DNA from: a virus
Reading direction: 5' to 3' (one strand)
IMG/VR virus record: IMGVR_UViG_3300046007_014300
Location: 5,292 to 69,291 of that record
Length of the DNA: 64,000 nt
The stretch's first letter is position 1. Each line of letters opens with the position of its first letter. The translations under genes were made by a program, and so were the position numbers. The notes below the pieces were generated by a model. It did no database searches and was not told the origin of the DNA. It saw only the letters and a list, made by a program, of their open reading frames with translations. Of this stretch, positions 39,140 to 48,871 are shown piece after piece.

Positions 39140-40641
39140 GCAGCAACTGGCAGACCTACACAACCTCCACGCCATCGATCGTGCTGCCAGGGGTGGCCGA
39201 TGGGAGATACGAGATCCAGGTGGTGGCGATCGATGCCTTTGGCAACCGCTCGGATCCCTTTGTGCCCCCCACCCAAGAGGTAGATCGATCGGCTACCGGC
39301 GTCATCGGCATTGATGGCAGCGTCGAGCGGGTGATGGATGCGGCCGTGGTGGCGCTGGGCGAATGGGTGGTGCAGGCCAGCTGGGCCCAGGTCGACAACG
39401 ATTCGCTGAGCGTGGCGATCCGGCATTCGCCGGACCTATCAGGCGCCACCTGGTCAACCAGCAACCCCTTGGTCAAAGGGGAGGCCCCCAACGCCGAGGG
39501 CCAGATGTTGCTACCGGCTTTGACGGGGACCTACCTATTTCGCCACCAAAATGGCAGCGGGGCTGTTTCTGCAACAACATCAGTGGTATTTCATGCGCCA
39601 AAAACGGCGATGGAAGTCGTTGCCACCATTGATGAAGCCGCAACAGGATTCACTGGTGTCAAACGAAATTGTGCCTTCGATGCCTCGATTCAGGCCCTGC
39701 GATTAAACGATGAATACTGGGACGATCTTGCGTTGGATGGTGACTTTGATGCGTTGCCAGGGCCAATTGATGACTATGGTGCACCAAGGGTTGATACAAG
39801 AACATGGGATGAATTAGCAGAAGACGGCAATTTTGATGGATTGCCTGGCCCAATTGACGATTACGGATTTGACAGCAGGCAGGCAATTTATTACTTTGCC
39901 AATGATTTCGACGCTGGGGCTGTCAAAGATTTACAGCTAAGGCGAATAATCCGATCCCGATCCAGGTTGGTTGCATCGACATGGGATGCACTGCTGGGCC
40001 CAGTTGATGAAATTTTGAGCATTGATAATGAAACAGCGGAAAGCGGCATTGTTCGATTGGAATATCAAGATTCACACGATGCCCTGAGTTCTGGCTTGGC
40101 AGGCAGTTGGTCGGCCTGGAAGCCGTTGACGCGCAGCATCGTCCGGGCGCGATCGGTTCGGTGTCGAGCTCTGCTTTCGGTCGCTGACATAAACCAAGAC
40201 GTTGTGGTTTTTTCACTTGCTGTTGAAGTGGCTTTGGCAGCAACATCTGCAGGAGGCTTCAATACATTGGGGCCAGGCCTAAGCATTACAGATGGGCAAT
40301 TGAATGCAGCGTTCCTGCCCGTAATTGATGTACCAACAACCCTTTCTTATGCTGCCACCGTGAATTTGGATATGACTGTTTTGGCTGGCAAAATGGTTAC
40401 CCTAAACCTTGCTGGCCCAGTTACATTTACCACAAGCAACCGAAGCGCAGGCAAAGAAGTTTCGATACGAATCATCTGCGATGGTACGACTCGCGCCTTC
40501 ACATTTCCTGGCTGGATTTTTACTCAATCTCCAGCCACGGGGCCATCAAGTATTGCAGCTGGCAAGACAGGGATTCTAAGCATCCGTTGTTGGGGGCCAG
40601 CCGACGCCGACGCCACAGCCGTCTACGCGGTGCAGGGATGA
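39136..40641 (+). CDS. Protein J C-terminal part / tail fibre
   Basis: Starts with the second half of an FN3-like domain (GRYEIQVVAIDAFGNRS); ATGA overlap. Confidence 0.75.
   Translation: MSSNWQTYTTSTPSIVLPGVADGRYEIQVVAIDAFGNRSDPFVPPTQEVDRSATGVIGIDGSVERVMDAAVVALGEWVVQASWAQVDNDSLSVAIRHSPDLSGATWSTSNPLVKGEAPNAEGQMLLPALTGTYLFRHQNGSGAVSATTSVVFHAPKTAMEVVATIDEAATGFTGVKRNCAFDASIQALRLNDEYWDDLALDGDFDALPGPIDDYGAPRVDTRTWDELAEDGNFDGLPGPIDDYGFDSRQAIYYFANDFDAGAVKDLQLRRIIRSRSRLVASTWDALLGPVDEILSIDNETAESGIVRLEYQDSHDALSSGLAGSWSAWKPLTRSIVRARSVRCRALLSVADINQDVVVFSLAVEVALAATSAGGFNTLGPGLSITDGQLNAAFLPVIDVPTTLSYAATVNLDMTVLAGKMVTLNLAGPVTFTTSNRSAGKEVSIRIICDGTTRAFTFPGWIFTQSPATGPSSIAAGKTGILSIRCWGPADADATAVYAVQG
39718..39867 (+). 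repeat. Intragenic duplication W-D-[DE]-LA-x-DG-x-FD-x-LPGPIDDYG x2
   Basis: 63-nt units at 39718-39780 and 39805-39867. Confidence 0.85.
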
Positions 40642-41321
40642 GGGGATTTGGCTTTCGCGATCAAGCTTTGCTGGGCAGCCGTGGTGTGCGGCCCGAACCA
40701 TCAGTACTGACGTTTGCAACGTCTTCCATTGTTTATGTACCAATTCCCAACATAACTAGCAACACCAGGCCGTTACAGTTTAATCCGTCTGGCGGAGCTA
40801 TGAATACAGGGGCAACGCCAAACCAGAGAAATTTTATATACAAAGACTTGACGTGTAACGACGCTTCTGTTATTTGGGTGCCTTCAGGCCAATCTCTGTC
40901 TGCGGCTGTGAACTATGGCAGCAACAGTAGCGCAGGGCTTTCCAATACTAGCCAAAGGGCGCAGCGATTTGATTACTATTTTAACACCTCAACTTCGTCA
41001 GATGCCGGACCACCAGTCGTTTACACATGGACAAACAGGTTTGACCTGTACTTTGGCGCTTTCTACCTTGACGGTCCGTTCAGTTTTTGCGGGGCCACAA
41101 ACATCGTCAGCTTAATAAGTGCCACGGCAACCGGAATAGCACAATTCACCGGAACCCATCCAGGCTGGCTAAATAAAAACGCATTGACCAGCAGCGTTTA
41201 TAACATTGTCTTTGGTGCGTCTGGCAGGACTGGCACACTGCAATACACTGCGGCTACCGATGTGCAGGCCACAGGCAATCAGATAAGCGGCGGGACAATT
41301 ACCATTAACATAAATCCTTAG
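40638..41321 (+). CDS. Putative tail fibre/receptor-binding component
   Basis: Thr/Ser/Asn-rich, ATGA overlap, after J. Confidence 0.55.
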   Translation: MRGFGFRDQALLGSRGVRPEPSVLTFATSSIVYVPIPNITSNTRPLQFNPSGGAMNTGATPNQRNFIYKDLTCNDASVIWVPSGQSLSAAVNYGSNSSAGLSNTSQRAQRFDYYFNTSTSSDAGPPVVYTWTNRFDLYFGAFYLDGPFSFCGATNIVSLISATATGIAQFTGTHPGWLNKNALTSSVYNIVFGASGRTGTLQYTAATDVQATGNQISGGTITININP

Positions 41322-41353
41322 ACTGGAAAGCCTAACTCATTGTTCTTGCAAAC

Positions 41354-42067
41354 ATGGCCCAGCACGATTTAACAATTGATAGCGCCAGCGGATTGTCACT
41401 GCGGCTAGATGTACAAAATGCCCTACAGGCATTAGCTACGCAAAATTCTGGTTCCACAGAGCCGTCGGTTACCTACCCTTTTATGCGGTGGCCAGACATG
41501 GGATCGGGCCTAATGAAAGAGCGGAATAGCAACGATACAGATTGGAATGTTGTGGGACTGCTTAACAGCAGCGGCTACGATTACAGGTATAGGCTAAATG
41601 CTACCCTTGCTGGGGCAAACGTCAATACTGCTCAGAATCTGCTGGGAGTAGGTGTCACATTAGCCGCCGGCACATACGAATTCGAGATTCTGTTCAGCTT
41701 GCTGAAGACAGCGGGCACCACGGCACATACCCTGGCGATCGGGTTTGGTGGCACGGCCGTGCTGAGCAGCATCGCTTACCAGCTGGTATATCGATCGCTG
41801 GACGGCGGCAGCTTCCCACCGGCAGCGCTTAGCCCGGCATTCACGACCTGGCTGCAGACTGCCACTCCTGCGGTGATCTCCGGATCCCTCACCAGCGCCA
41901 GCGCCAGCCACCACGGCTCGATCCGAGGGACTGTCGCCATCAGCACTCCCGGCACTTTTACCCCCCAATACCTGCTCTCGGCGGCCCCAGGTGGCGCTTA
42001 CACCACAGGTGACGGGTCCTTCATGCGAATTGCCCCAATTCAAACCAGGGCCGCCGACTGGTCGTGA
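41354..42067 (+). CDS. Tail fibre-like protein
   Basis: N-terminus MAQHDLTI..SG..RLDVQNALQALAT.NSG..EP typical of phage fibre genes. Confidence 0.7.
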   Translation: MAQHDLTIDSASGLSLRLDVQNALQALATQNSGSTEPSVTYPFMRWPDMGSGLMKERNSNDTDWNVVGLLNSSGYDYRYRLNATLAGANVNTAQNLLGVGVTLAAGTYEFEILFSLLKTAGTTAHTLAIGFGGTAVLSSIAYQLVYRSLDGGSFPPAALSPAFTTWLQTATPAVISGSLTSASASHHGSIRGTVAISTPGTFTPQYLLSAAPGGAYTTGDGSFMRIAPIQTRAADWS

Positions 42068-42110
42068 CGATTGCCAGATTTGCTTAATCTGAACAAACAC
42101 AAGTCATGCA

Positions 42111-42326
42111 ATGGGCGTCGGCGAAACAATTGCCCTGGTTGCCGTAGGACTTACGGGCGTAGGAATGCTTGGGGCAGGGGTGAAATCAGCGATTGAGGCG
42201 TTGTGGAGCATCTCCAGAGGGTTGGGGGCCTTTGAAGGAAAAATTCTAGAAATTTTGAACCGCCACGATAAAGAATTGGCGAGTCTAGACGAACGATTTC
42301 GACATGTAGAAGATAAGGTTAGATGA
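42111..42326 (+). CDS. Small membrane protein (possible holin)
   Basis: N-terminal hydrophobic helix, charged coiled-coil C-terminus. Confidence 0.5.
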   Translation: MGVGETIALVAVGLTGVGMLGAGVKSAIEALWSISRGLGAFEGKILEILNRHDKELASLDERFRHVEDKVR

Positions 42327-42520
42327 AACGCTATCAGATTGTGTGTTTGACATTTGTGGGGTTATTCCTGGCGGTTGGCGCAACCCACGCCTCTGTGGGC
42401 TGGTTACGTTGTACACAAAGTCATGGCGGACTAGCTTGCAGATCCTTTCAGTCGGATGCCGTAGCTGGTTGGAGTATGGTCGCAAACGTCATTCAAGGAA
42501 TTGCGTTTAAGGGGGATTAA
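42323..42520 (+). CDS. Small membrane/secreted protein
   Basis: Signal-like N-terminus, ATGA overlap. Confidence 0.45.
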   Translation: MKRYQIVCLTFVGLFLAVGATHASVGWLRCTQSHGGLACRSFQSDAVAGWSMVANVIQGIAFKGD

Positions 42521-42525
42521 AATAT

Positions 42526-42846
42526 TCATTGGATCTTCTTCGATACTTTGATTAGAATAAACTCATCGTTTGGAAAGGTTTCAGTTCTGCCATCGGCATA
42601 GGTCACATCAAACTCGGCCTCATAAACCCCGCTTGAGTTCCCTGTTTGCCATGAATACTCCACCGTGGGCGTATCCTTTGCGATCACGACCACGGCAGAA
42701 TCGTTAATCAACGTAGCCCCACCAAGCGAGGGTAAGTTGCGCATTTGAAACATCACTGTTGCCCCCGTCAGATCCACCGTGGGCGGGTATAGCTCATATC
42801 GGATGGCGGGCGATGTGTTGCCCTCCTTCATGTAAAACGTATCCAT
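42526..42846 (-). CDS. BppU-like Ig-fold tail protein
   Basis: VDLTGATVMFQM, YSW..G...G.YEAEF.VTYADG..ETFPN. Confidence 0.75.
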   Translation of the reverse strand: MDTFYMKEGNTSPAIRYELYPPTVDLTGATVMFQMRNLPSLGGATLINDSAVVVIAKDTPTVEYSWQTGNSSGVYEAEFDVTYADGRTETFPNDEFILIKVSKKIQ

Positions 42847-42853
42847 CGGAACC

Positions 42854-43873
42854 TCAGATTACAATACGCCCGCCACGGCGTGATATAGCTAGCTTACCGC
42901 CATTTGCTGGATCGCCAGGGAACGCAAAGCGGGTGGAAATCATGGACGGTCCGTACCCAATCACCGTAGCCACCCCTGCAGCTGTGCCCGCAGCGCTGGT
43001 GGTCGACGCGCCCTGCCCCGATGCTGTGGCCACTCCAAAAGAAGCGCCGGCAACGGACAGAATCAGCGCCACCTGGGCCTGCACCGTGGCCGCGCCTGCC
43101 GCCGATCCAGCAGCAGCTGCAATGGCCGCGCCCTGCCCTGCTGCCGTGGCCAGGCCAGAGGCAGCCCCGGCAAAAGCCAGAATCAGCGCGCCCTGGGCCT
43201 GCGCTGTGGCCAAACCGGCGGCCGATCCTGCACCCGCAACAATTCCACCGCCCGACGGACTTTGGCCTGCCGCCGTGGCCGCGCCTGCCGCCGATCCAGT
43301 GGCGGCAGCGATGGCCGCGCCTAGCCCACTTGTTGTTGCCGTACCTGCCGAAAGCCCGGCAGCGGATGCGCTGGACTGGCCTTGCCCAGACACGGCAGCC
43401 GCACCGGTTGAAGCCCCGGCCCCGGCTGCCACCGAGCCTGCAACAGAGCCATCGCCGAGCACCGTTGCCGTGCTGGATGCCGTTCCAGTCGCAGCGGCAA
43501 CGGCCTGGCCTTGCCCGGATGTTGTTGCGACACCTGCCGACAACCCTGAGGCGGATGCCACCGATCCGCCAATACCACTTGTCTCTGCAAAACCCGCGGC
43601 CGATCCAGTGGCGGCGGCGATGGCCTGGCCTTGCCCGAATGCTGTGGCACTACCTGCTGACGATCCGGTCGCAGATGCGAAAGACTCGCTCTGTGCCAGA
43701 GCGGTGGCAGTGCCCGCTGAAGAACCAGCAGCACTGATGATCCCGCCACCGCCCGAAACCACAGGCGACCAGATCGCAACCCTTCCGCCAAACCCCTTCT
43801 GGGCTGTCAGCGTGCCGGTCAGGGTTGAAACAAAAACCCGCCCGCCGTAGCCTTTCTGGGCTGCCAGCGTCAT
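42854..43873 (-). CDS. Gly/Ala-rich repeat virion protein
   Basis: ~19-aa repeats like AIAAATGSAAGxATxxGQG. Confidence 0.7.
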   Translation of the reverse strand: MTLAAQKGYGGRVFVSTLTGTLTAQKGFGGRVAIWSPVVSGGGGIISAAGSSAGTATALAQSESFASATGSSAGSATAFGQGQAIAAATGSAAGFAETSGIGGSVASASGLSAGVATTSGQGQAVAAATGTASSTATVLGDGSVAGSVAAGAGASTGAAAVSGQGQSSASAAGLSAGTATTSGLGAAIAAATGSAAGAATAAGQSPSGGGIVAGAGSAAGLATAQAQGALILAFAGAASGLATAAGQGAAIAAAAGSAAGAATVQAQVALILSVAGASFGVATASGQGASTTSAAGTAAGVATVIGYGPSMISTRFAFPGDPANGGKLAISRRGGRIVI

Positions 43874-45852
43874 CAGGTCACCGTGATGGCTTCGAGGTAT
43901 CCGTTGAAGGTGGTGCCGCCCCAGGCGACTACATCAAGGGAAATGATCTGCGTCCCGCTGCCCGTGGGGGACAGCGAAAGGCTCACCGTCTCCCATGTGT
44001 TTGCCGCCGCCGCCATCAACGCCCGCCGTTCGGTCATGATCCCCGGCAAGCCTTCGGTTGGCATGTAGGACAGGCCCATCGAAAGACCGGCGTTGTCGCG
44101 CCGCATCCGCATGGCAATCGTTGTCGTCACCCCGCACGTAATCTCGAACTTCCCCAGGGGCAGGCGCACCGGACCACGGGCCACGGCGTTAGTGCTTGTG
44201 ACCTGCACCCGCCAGGACGAGGCTTGCGTGTCCTTCACTGCGGTCTGCCGGGTCATCCGGCCATACGAGTGCCGCAGCGTGTCATTGCCCGCGATCTTGC
44301 CCAGACTTTCGACCGACAGCAGCCCGTCATTGCCGTTTGAGACGAAGAACACGTCGCTCGCCTCTCTCAGGTCCGCGTTCCGGAGGAGCGCATTGACACC
44401 TTGCGCAACGAAAATCCCGCCCGACTGGTTGTTGAGCGTCACCACATCATCCGCACAGATGTACTCGTTTCCGGGGTTGCCGTTGAAGTTAAGGCCGTAC
44501 CCACCGTTGTTCCGGATGGTGAGGCCCCGCACAAAATTGCGGCCCCCGTTATAGCTCACCGCATTCAAGTATGAGTAGATGTTTTCCAGAACGCTGCCGT
44601 TCGGCTGGTTCGTTCCGCCGAGCGAAGGGCCACCGCCCGCCGAATAACAAACATCGGCAGCACTCAGCCCGCTTTGGGCAAAGCCGTTGGCTGCAAAGCC
44701 GCAGGAGGTAAGGAGACTGTTTTCCACCCGGCACCCGTCACTGCCGGGCAAAGTGTTCCCGCCGAGCGACGTGTTCATGACGAAGTTCCGGAACGTGTGG
44801 AACCCAAATCCCCCCGCCGAATAGTTACGGGACGACAGCATGTACCTGGTCATGCCCGTCCGCGTGGCCATGTCCGATGCAGACCAGCCCCCCGTCCAGA
44901 CGGTTTGATCTGCGGCGGTCCCGGCCACGTTGGGCGACCAGATGCGGGGTTCGGTAAACGGGACACACTGGTGGGCATAGGTGGCCACCGTCCCCGCCGC
45001 ACCGTCATATCCCCGGCCAGTGTTCTCAGCACTGGTGTCTTGGTTGCCGGTGCGGCTCAGGACAACAACTGTGTCCGACGTGACACCCATCACACCGAAC
45101 ATCGGTTCATCGCCGGTGCCGGTGCCGCGCAGCGGCGGGGATGTGGTGTAGGCGGTCTTGCTGACCATCGTTGCCAGCGTGATTTCATCGGCACTGCCGG
45201 GGGCCTTGGATGCCCACAGGCAGTTGATCGAAATGGTCGGGGTGCCGGGGTCTGCCGTGGCGCGCAGAGCAATGGAATTGATGGTGCCGATGCTGCCGGT
45301 GTGCCCGTTCAGGCCCGCAAACCATGCTCCTGCGGTGCCGTCCGTATACGGTATCGAGACAATCGGCACGTCGCCGCCCGCGTCCGAACACAGGTCCAGA
45401 AACACAGTCCCCGCAGTCAGCGCAACCGATGTGCGTAACCAGACGTTGACCTGCTGAAACGCGCTCAGGTCCATCGTCAGCGGCTTATGCGCAAGTTTGC
45501 CGGTGGTGAAGGCCGCGCCAACGGCAAAGGTGATTGCCCCCGCGCCGATGATCCGGGTGCCGGACGCATTAACCGTGACGTGAGCAGCCGCGACCCAGCC
45601 CGTGTTCACGGCCAGCGCGTCGACCAGCTTGACGGTGCCTGCCGGAACCGTGATCGACCGCGCACTTGCCCCGGTGGTCCAGGTGCAGTTACCGATCAGG
45701 GTCGGGGCGGGGCTTTCGATGAAACGGATTTCATCGCCCGGTGCCACCCGCGCCGCCGTCGGCCCGCCGTTGATGGTCTTCCATCGGTCGGGAAACGACT
45801 CACCGTTGTTGGCATCGTTACCGCCGACCGGATCAAGATAGAAGATTGTCAT
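43873..45852 (-). CDS. Putative tail spike / beta-helix receptor-binding protein
   Basis: FYLDPVGGNDANNG...WKTI...PGD start typical of beta-helix proteins; Asn/Gly-rich repeats. Confidence 0.65.
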   Translation of the reverse strand: MTIFYLDPVGGNDANNGESFPDRWKTINGGPTAARVAPGDEIRFIESPAPTLIGNCTWTTGASARSITVPAGTVKLVDALAVNTGWVAAAHVTVNASGTRIIGAGAITFAVGAAFTTGKLAHKPLTMDLSAFQQVNVWLRTSVALTAGTVFLDLCSDAGGDVPIVSIPYTDGTAGAWFAGLNGHTGSIGTINSIALRATADPGTPTISINCLWASKAPGSADEITLATMVSKTAYTTSPPLRGTGTGDEPMFGVMGVTSDTVVVLSRTGNQDTSAENTGRGYDGAAGTVATYAHQCVPFTEPRIWSPNVAGTAADQTVWTGGWSASDMATRTGMTRYMLSSRNYSAGGFGFHTFRNFVMNTSLGGNTLPGSDGCRVENSLLTSCGFAANGFAQSGLSAADVCYSAGGGPSLGGTNQPNGSVLENIYSYLNAVSYNGGRNFVRGLTIRNNGGYGLNFNGNPGNEYICADDVVTLNNQSGGIFVAQGVNALLRNADLREASDVFFVSNGNDGLLSVESLGKIAGNDTLRHSYGRMTRQTAVKDTQASSWRVQVTSTNAVARGPVRLPLGKFEITCGVTTTIAMRMRRDNAGLSMGLSYMPTEGLPGIMTERRALMAAAANTWETVSLSLSPTGSGTQIISLDVVAWGGTTFNGYLEAITVT

Positions 45853-46507
45853 TATTGCTCAACCATTGGTTCAGGGCAGCGGTGCGCAGAGCGGCATTGT
45901 TTGCCATCGGCAGCTTGAAGATCACGCCAAGCTCAGTCCCATCGGTGAAGCGCAGGTTTGCTTGTTCTTCCACACCGCCCCCCGCCGCAGGGCCGTTGTT
46001 TTGCCATCCCAGCAGCATCACCGCCTGCGCCCCCGCCCGCGCGGCGGCAACGGCAAACACGTCCACCGTCACGCCGTTTGCCTCTGCCCAGGACGGAGAT
46101 CGGAAGGTCTGGGAAAGGATTGCCGTTTTCGTTGCTGGTGAAAGCAGTCCCATCGCTTCGACGTTATCAATCATCGCTGCAACCTGGCCTTCATCCATCT
46201 CTGGGGAAACCTTCTGGCTTCTATCTACGGCGTCAAGCATTGTCAATATGACGGCAATTGCTTGCGTTGATAATGAAATAGCCGTGTTGTTCGGTGTTAG
46301 GTCTGCCGGTATCTCCCCTCGCGCCGCCACGATTCGCAGTGTGGCAAGCTCGCCGGATAGCGCCGCCGGTACCGCAATCTCTGGACACGAGAAGGGCACA
46401 CGAACAGCGGGCAGGGACGGGTCCGGGGCGTTTAACGCGGCCACAACCTGCGCAGCATCCAGCCCGGTCATGTCTGATTGTTGCAGGCGTTCACTCAACG
46501 TCGCCAT
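45833..46507 (-). CDS. Hypothetical protein of the fibre cassette
   Basis: 224 aa ORF overlapping the downstream gene. Confidence 0.6.
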   Translation of the reverse strand: MATLSERLQQSDMTGLDAAQVVAALNAPDPSLPAVRVPFSCPEIAVPAALSGELATLRIVAARGEIPADLTPNNTAISLSTQAIAVILTMLDAVDRSQKVSPEMDEGQVAAMIDNVEAMGLLSPATKTAILSQTFRSPSWAEANGVTVDVFAVAAARAGAQAVMLLGWQNNGPAAGGGVEEQANLRFTDGTELGVIFKLPMANNAALRTAALNQWLSNNDNLLS

Positions 46508-46570
46508 TTCTCACCCCGATAGGCACATTTCGCACTCGGCTAGGCATGTGCTGCGAGATAGAAATAATCA

Positions 46571-47008
46571 TCATTCCTCAGTGACTGTGCTGGTCGAAAG
46601 TATGCGAGGAGTAACGCCAGGAGCTATGGCAATGGGCGGGGTGAGCGCTCCTTTGTAGAGCACCAAGGCCGCGCCTGAAGATGCAACCCCAATCGCAAAA
46701 TGCGTGGCATTCCCAGTGCCCACCGTACAGTTTGGAAAATCGACATGTGCTGCAGGTGACACCGAGTTGTCCGTCACCGTGAACCCGGCGCTGGATCGCG
46801 CACCGCCGACGCGGGCATAGCCGGTGTAGGACACCTCATTGGTGGCCTGCGTGCCTACCTCACCGGGATCTGCCGTGTGCAATGAAAAGAACAGCTGCCC
46901 CGCCGTTACTGCCCCCCGCAATCCGGTCGCGTCACCGATATTGGCGATGGGTTCATTTAGGAACACTAGCCGCATCCAGGCGTTTTCAAAGGCATTCGAT
47001 TTAGACAT
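46571..47008 (-). CDS. Phage tail-fibre-associated protein
   Basis: MSKSNAFEN, SLHTADPGE, NEVSYTGYARV, THFAI conserved virion-protein motifs. Confidence 0.75.
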   Translation of the reverse strand: MSKSNAFENAWMRLVFLNEPIANIGDATGLRGAVTAGQLFFSLHTADPGEVGTQATNEVSYTGYARVGGARSSAGFTVTDNSVSPAAHVDFPNCTVGTGNATHFAIGVASSGAALVLYKGALTPPIAIAPGVTPRILSTSTVTEE

Positions 47009-47285
47009 TTCAATCTCCTGTGTTTGGCGGCTGGATGAAGGCGGACCTAGCGGCGTTACTGGTGGTGACGCCGGTTTTAACGGCGGCCAGGTCTACAGCA
47101 TTTTACCGACTCCGACCCAACTGAGCCGGGAATCTTCCTGCCAGGGACGCAACGGCAGCCCATTCATTTAGAAAACCAAGACCCCGATGGGCCAGCTGAT
47201 TGAGGTTGAGGCTCAAGCGGACCGAGCAAGTCACGAACTAGGCACCGGCCAGACCAAACCCGTTGCCAGGCCTAGCAGTTGCTCA

Positions 47286-47329
47286 AACTCATAATTCGCC
47301 TTAGCCGAGTTCGATCCTCGGGACCCCCA
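47286..47329 (+). other. attP core: 3' half of a tRNA with CAT anticodon (Ile2/Met type)
   Basis: Anticodon loop CTCATAA, 3' stem TTCGC, perfect T-arm CCGAG-TTCGATC-CTCGG, acceptor strand GACCCCC-A; no D-arm or 5' acceptor strand; 130 bp upstream of integrase. Confidence 0.85.
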
Positions 47330-47458
47330 TCCCAAAAACCATAGTCAGGACAAGGGATCTTATCCTGCTGTGGCCATTCAGCCGGGCATTCAGAAGGCAC
47401 AAAAAGGCCCGTAAAGGCCCGCAAGGGGCCAAAGTAGGCACGCTTTTAGGCACGGTCG

Positions 47459-48565
47459 ATGCCTCCCAAGGACCCGTATCTCGCCCGAGTCAACCGGGCC
47501 CTCCGTGCACTCGGAGCCAGCGTGTCGATGGAGGTCACGCCGTCCGGCGGCCGGCTGCGGTTGCGGGGCACCCTGCCAATGGCAGATGGCACCTGGAAGC
47601 AACGCCGGATCGCCACCGCCTTTCCCTATCCAGCCGGGATTGACCAAGCCCGGGAGCTGGCCGAGCAGCTGGGCCAGGACATCGAGCTGCATCGCCGCGG
47701 CCTTCAGCCGTTCCCTTTTGACCGCTGGGCCCAGGCTGGTGCCGGATCGAGCAACTGTGCTGCCCGGGAAAGCATCAGCGGGCATGAAGCGATTCGGCGG
47801 ACCGAGATCTGGTGGCACGAGCGGCGCCAGCGTGGTCCGAAATCGGCGGTGAGCTGGGCGACGGCCTACGGGGGGCCGCTGCGGCCACTGCTGCAGCAGC
47901 AGGATGTGACGCTCAACATTCTGCGAGCCTTGGTGGCAAGCAAGCCTGTTGGTGGGTGCGCAAGGCGCAAGGCGGCATTGGCAGCGACGGCTGTGGCGCA
48001 GGCCCTGGCAATGGGGATGGAGGCTGTGCAAGAGCTGCGGGATCTCGGGAAGGGCTACAGCCCCTCGAAAGCGCGGCCGCGCAGCTTGCCCGATGACCAG
48101 GTGATCATCGATGCGATCGATGGAATGCCCGCCAATTGGCAGTGGGTCGCCGGCATCTGCGCCACCTATGGCACCCGCCCCCACGAGGCCCTGCTGATGG
48201 CCTGTGTCGAACGCAATGGTCTGGCGGTGATCCGGGCGGGAAAAACTGGTGCTCGAAAGAGCCTGCCGCTGCCGAAGGCCTGGATCGAGCGATGGAACCT
48301 CCAGGAGCAACGGCTGCCGGCAATCAATTTCGAACGGGACAGCCGAACCGTGGGGGCGCAGCTGGCGGTGGCCTTTCGCCGGTTCCAAGTGCCGTTTCAG
48401 CCGTACGACCTTCGCCATGCCTGGGCCGTGCGGGCCATCTCCAACCCGCAGATCAGCCCATCTCTGGCAGCCAAGAGCCTGGGCCATTCCTTGATGGTCC
48501 ACACCACGCTGTACCAGCGTTATTTCGACAATGACTCAATGGCATCACTTGTGGCGCAGATGTGA
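47459..48565 (+). CDS. int: Tyrosine integrase
   Basis: YGTRPHE (R), KTG (K), LRHAW, LGHS...Y catalytic residues. Confidence 0.92.
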   Translation: MPPKDPYLARVNRALRALGASVSMEVTPSGGRLRLRGTLPMADGTWKQRRIATAFPYPAGIDQARELAEQLGQDIELHRRGLQPFPFDRWAQAGAGSSNCAARESISGHEAIRRTEIWWHERRQRGPKSAVSWATAYGGPLRPLLQQQDVTLNILRALVASKPVGGCARRKAALAATAVAQALAMGMEAVQELRDLGKGYSPSKARPRSLPDDQVIIDAIDGMPANWQWVAGICATYGTRPHEALLMACVERNGLAVIRAGKTGARKSLPLPKAWIERWNLQEQRLPAINFERDSRTVGAQLAVAFRRFQVPFQPYDLRHAWAVRAISNPQISPSLAAKSLGHSLMVHTTLYQRYFDNDSMASLVAQM

Positions 48566-48871
48566 GGCATAGCCCTCAACATCCACCAGCAGCCGTCGCC
48601 GCTTGCTGCTGTCCTCATTTGTGTCCCTGACGAACTTGGGAGGGATTGTGCCCCGGTCAATAGCCCCCCGCAGCGCTTTGGCACTGGAGAAATGCAAAAT
48701 TCCGGCGGCAGCGGGCAGGGGCAGCCAAAGGCTTTTTGGGTTGGACGGCCTGGCATGCAGCTGGAAGCTGGCCAAAAGCCTGTCCAGCTGCTCTGCAATC
48801 TCGTCGAGGCGCTTGTTAATCGCCTCGGCTGCAGCATCGCCCATGGCTTCAGTTGGTGAGCTGGACGCCAC
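48545..48871 (-). CDS. Putative excisionase
   Basis: Small basic wHTH-like (WLPLPAAAGILH..SAKALR) convergent with int. Confidence 0.6.
   Translation of the reverse strand: MASSSPTEAMGDAAAEAINKRLDEIAEQLDRLLASFQLHARPSNPKSLWLPLPAAAGILHFSSAKALRGAIDRGTIPPKFVRDTNEDSSKRRRLLVDVEGYASHLRHK

Noticed and set aside
42526-47008. Invertible tail-fibre shufflon
   Set aside because: No flanking inverted repeats seen and no intact invertase; the serine recombinase lacks its catalytic domain.
47250-47335. Complete tRNA gene
   Set aside because: The 5' acceptor strand, D-arm and most of the 5' anticodon stem are missing; reported as att core instead.
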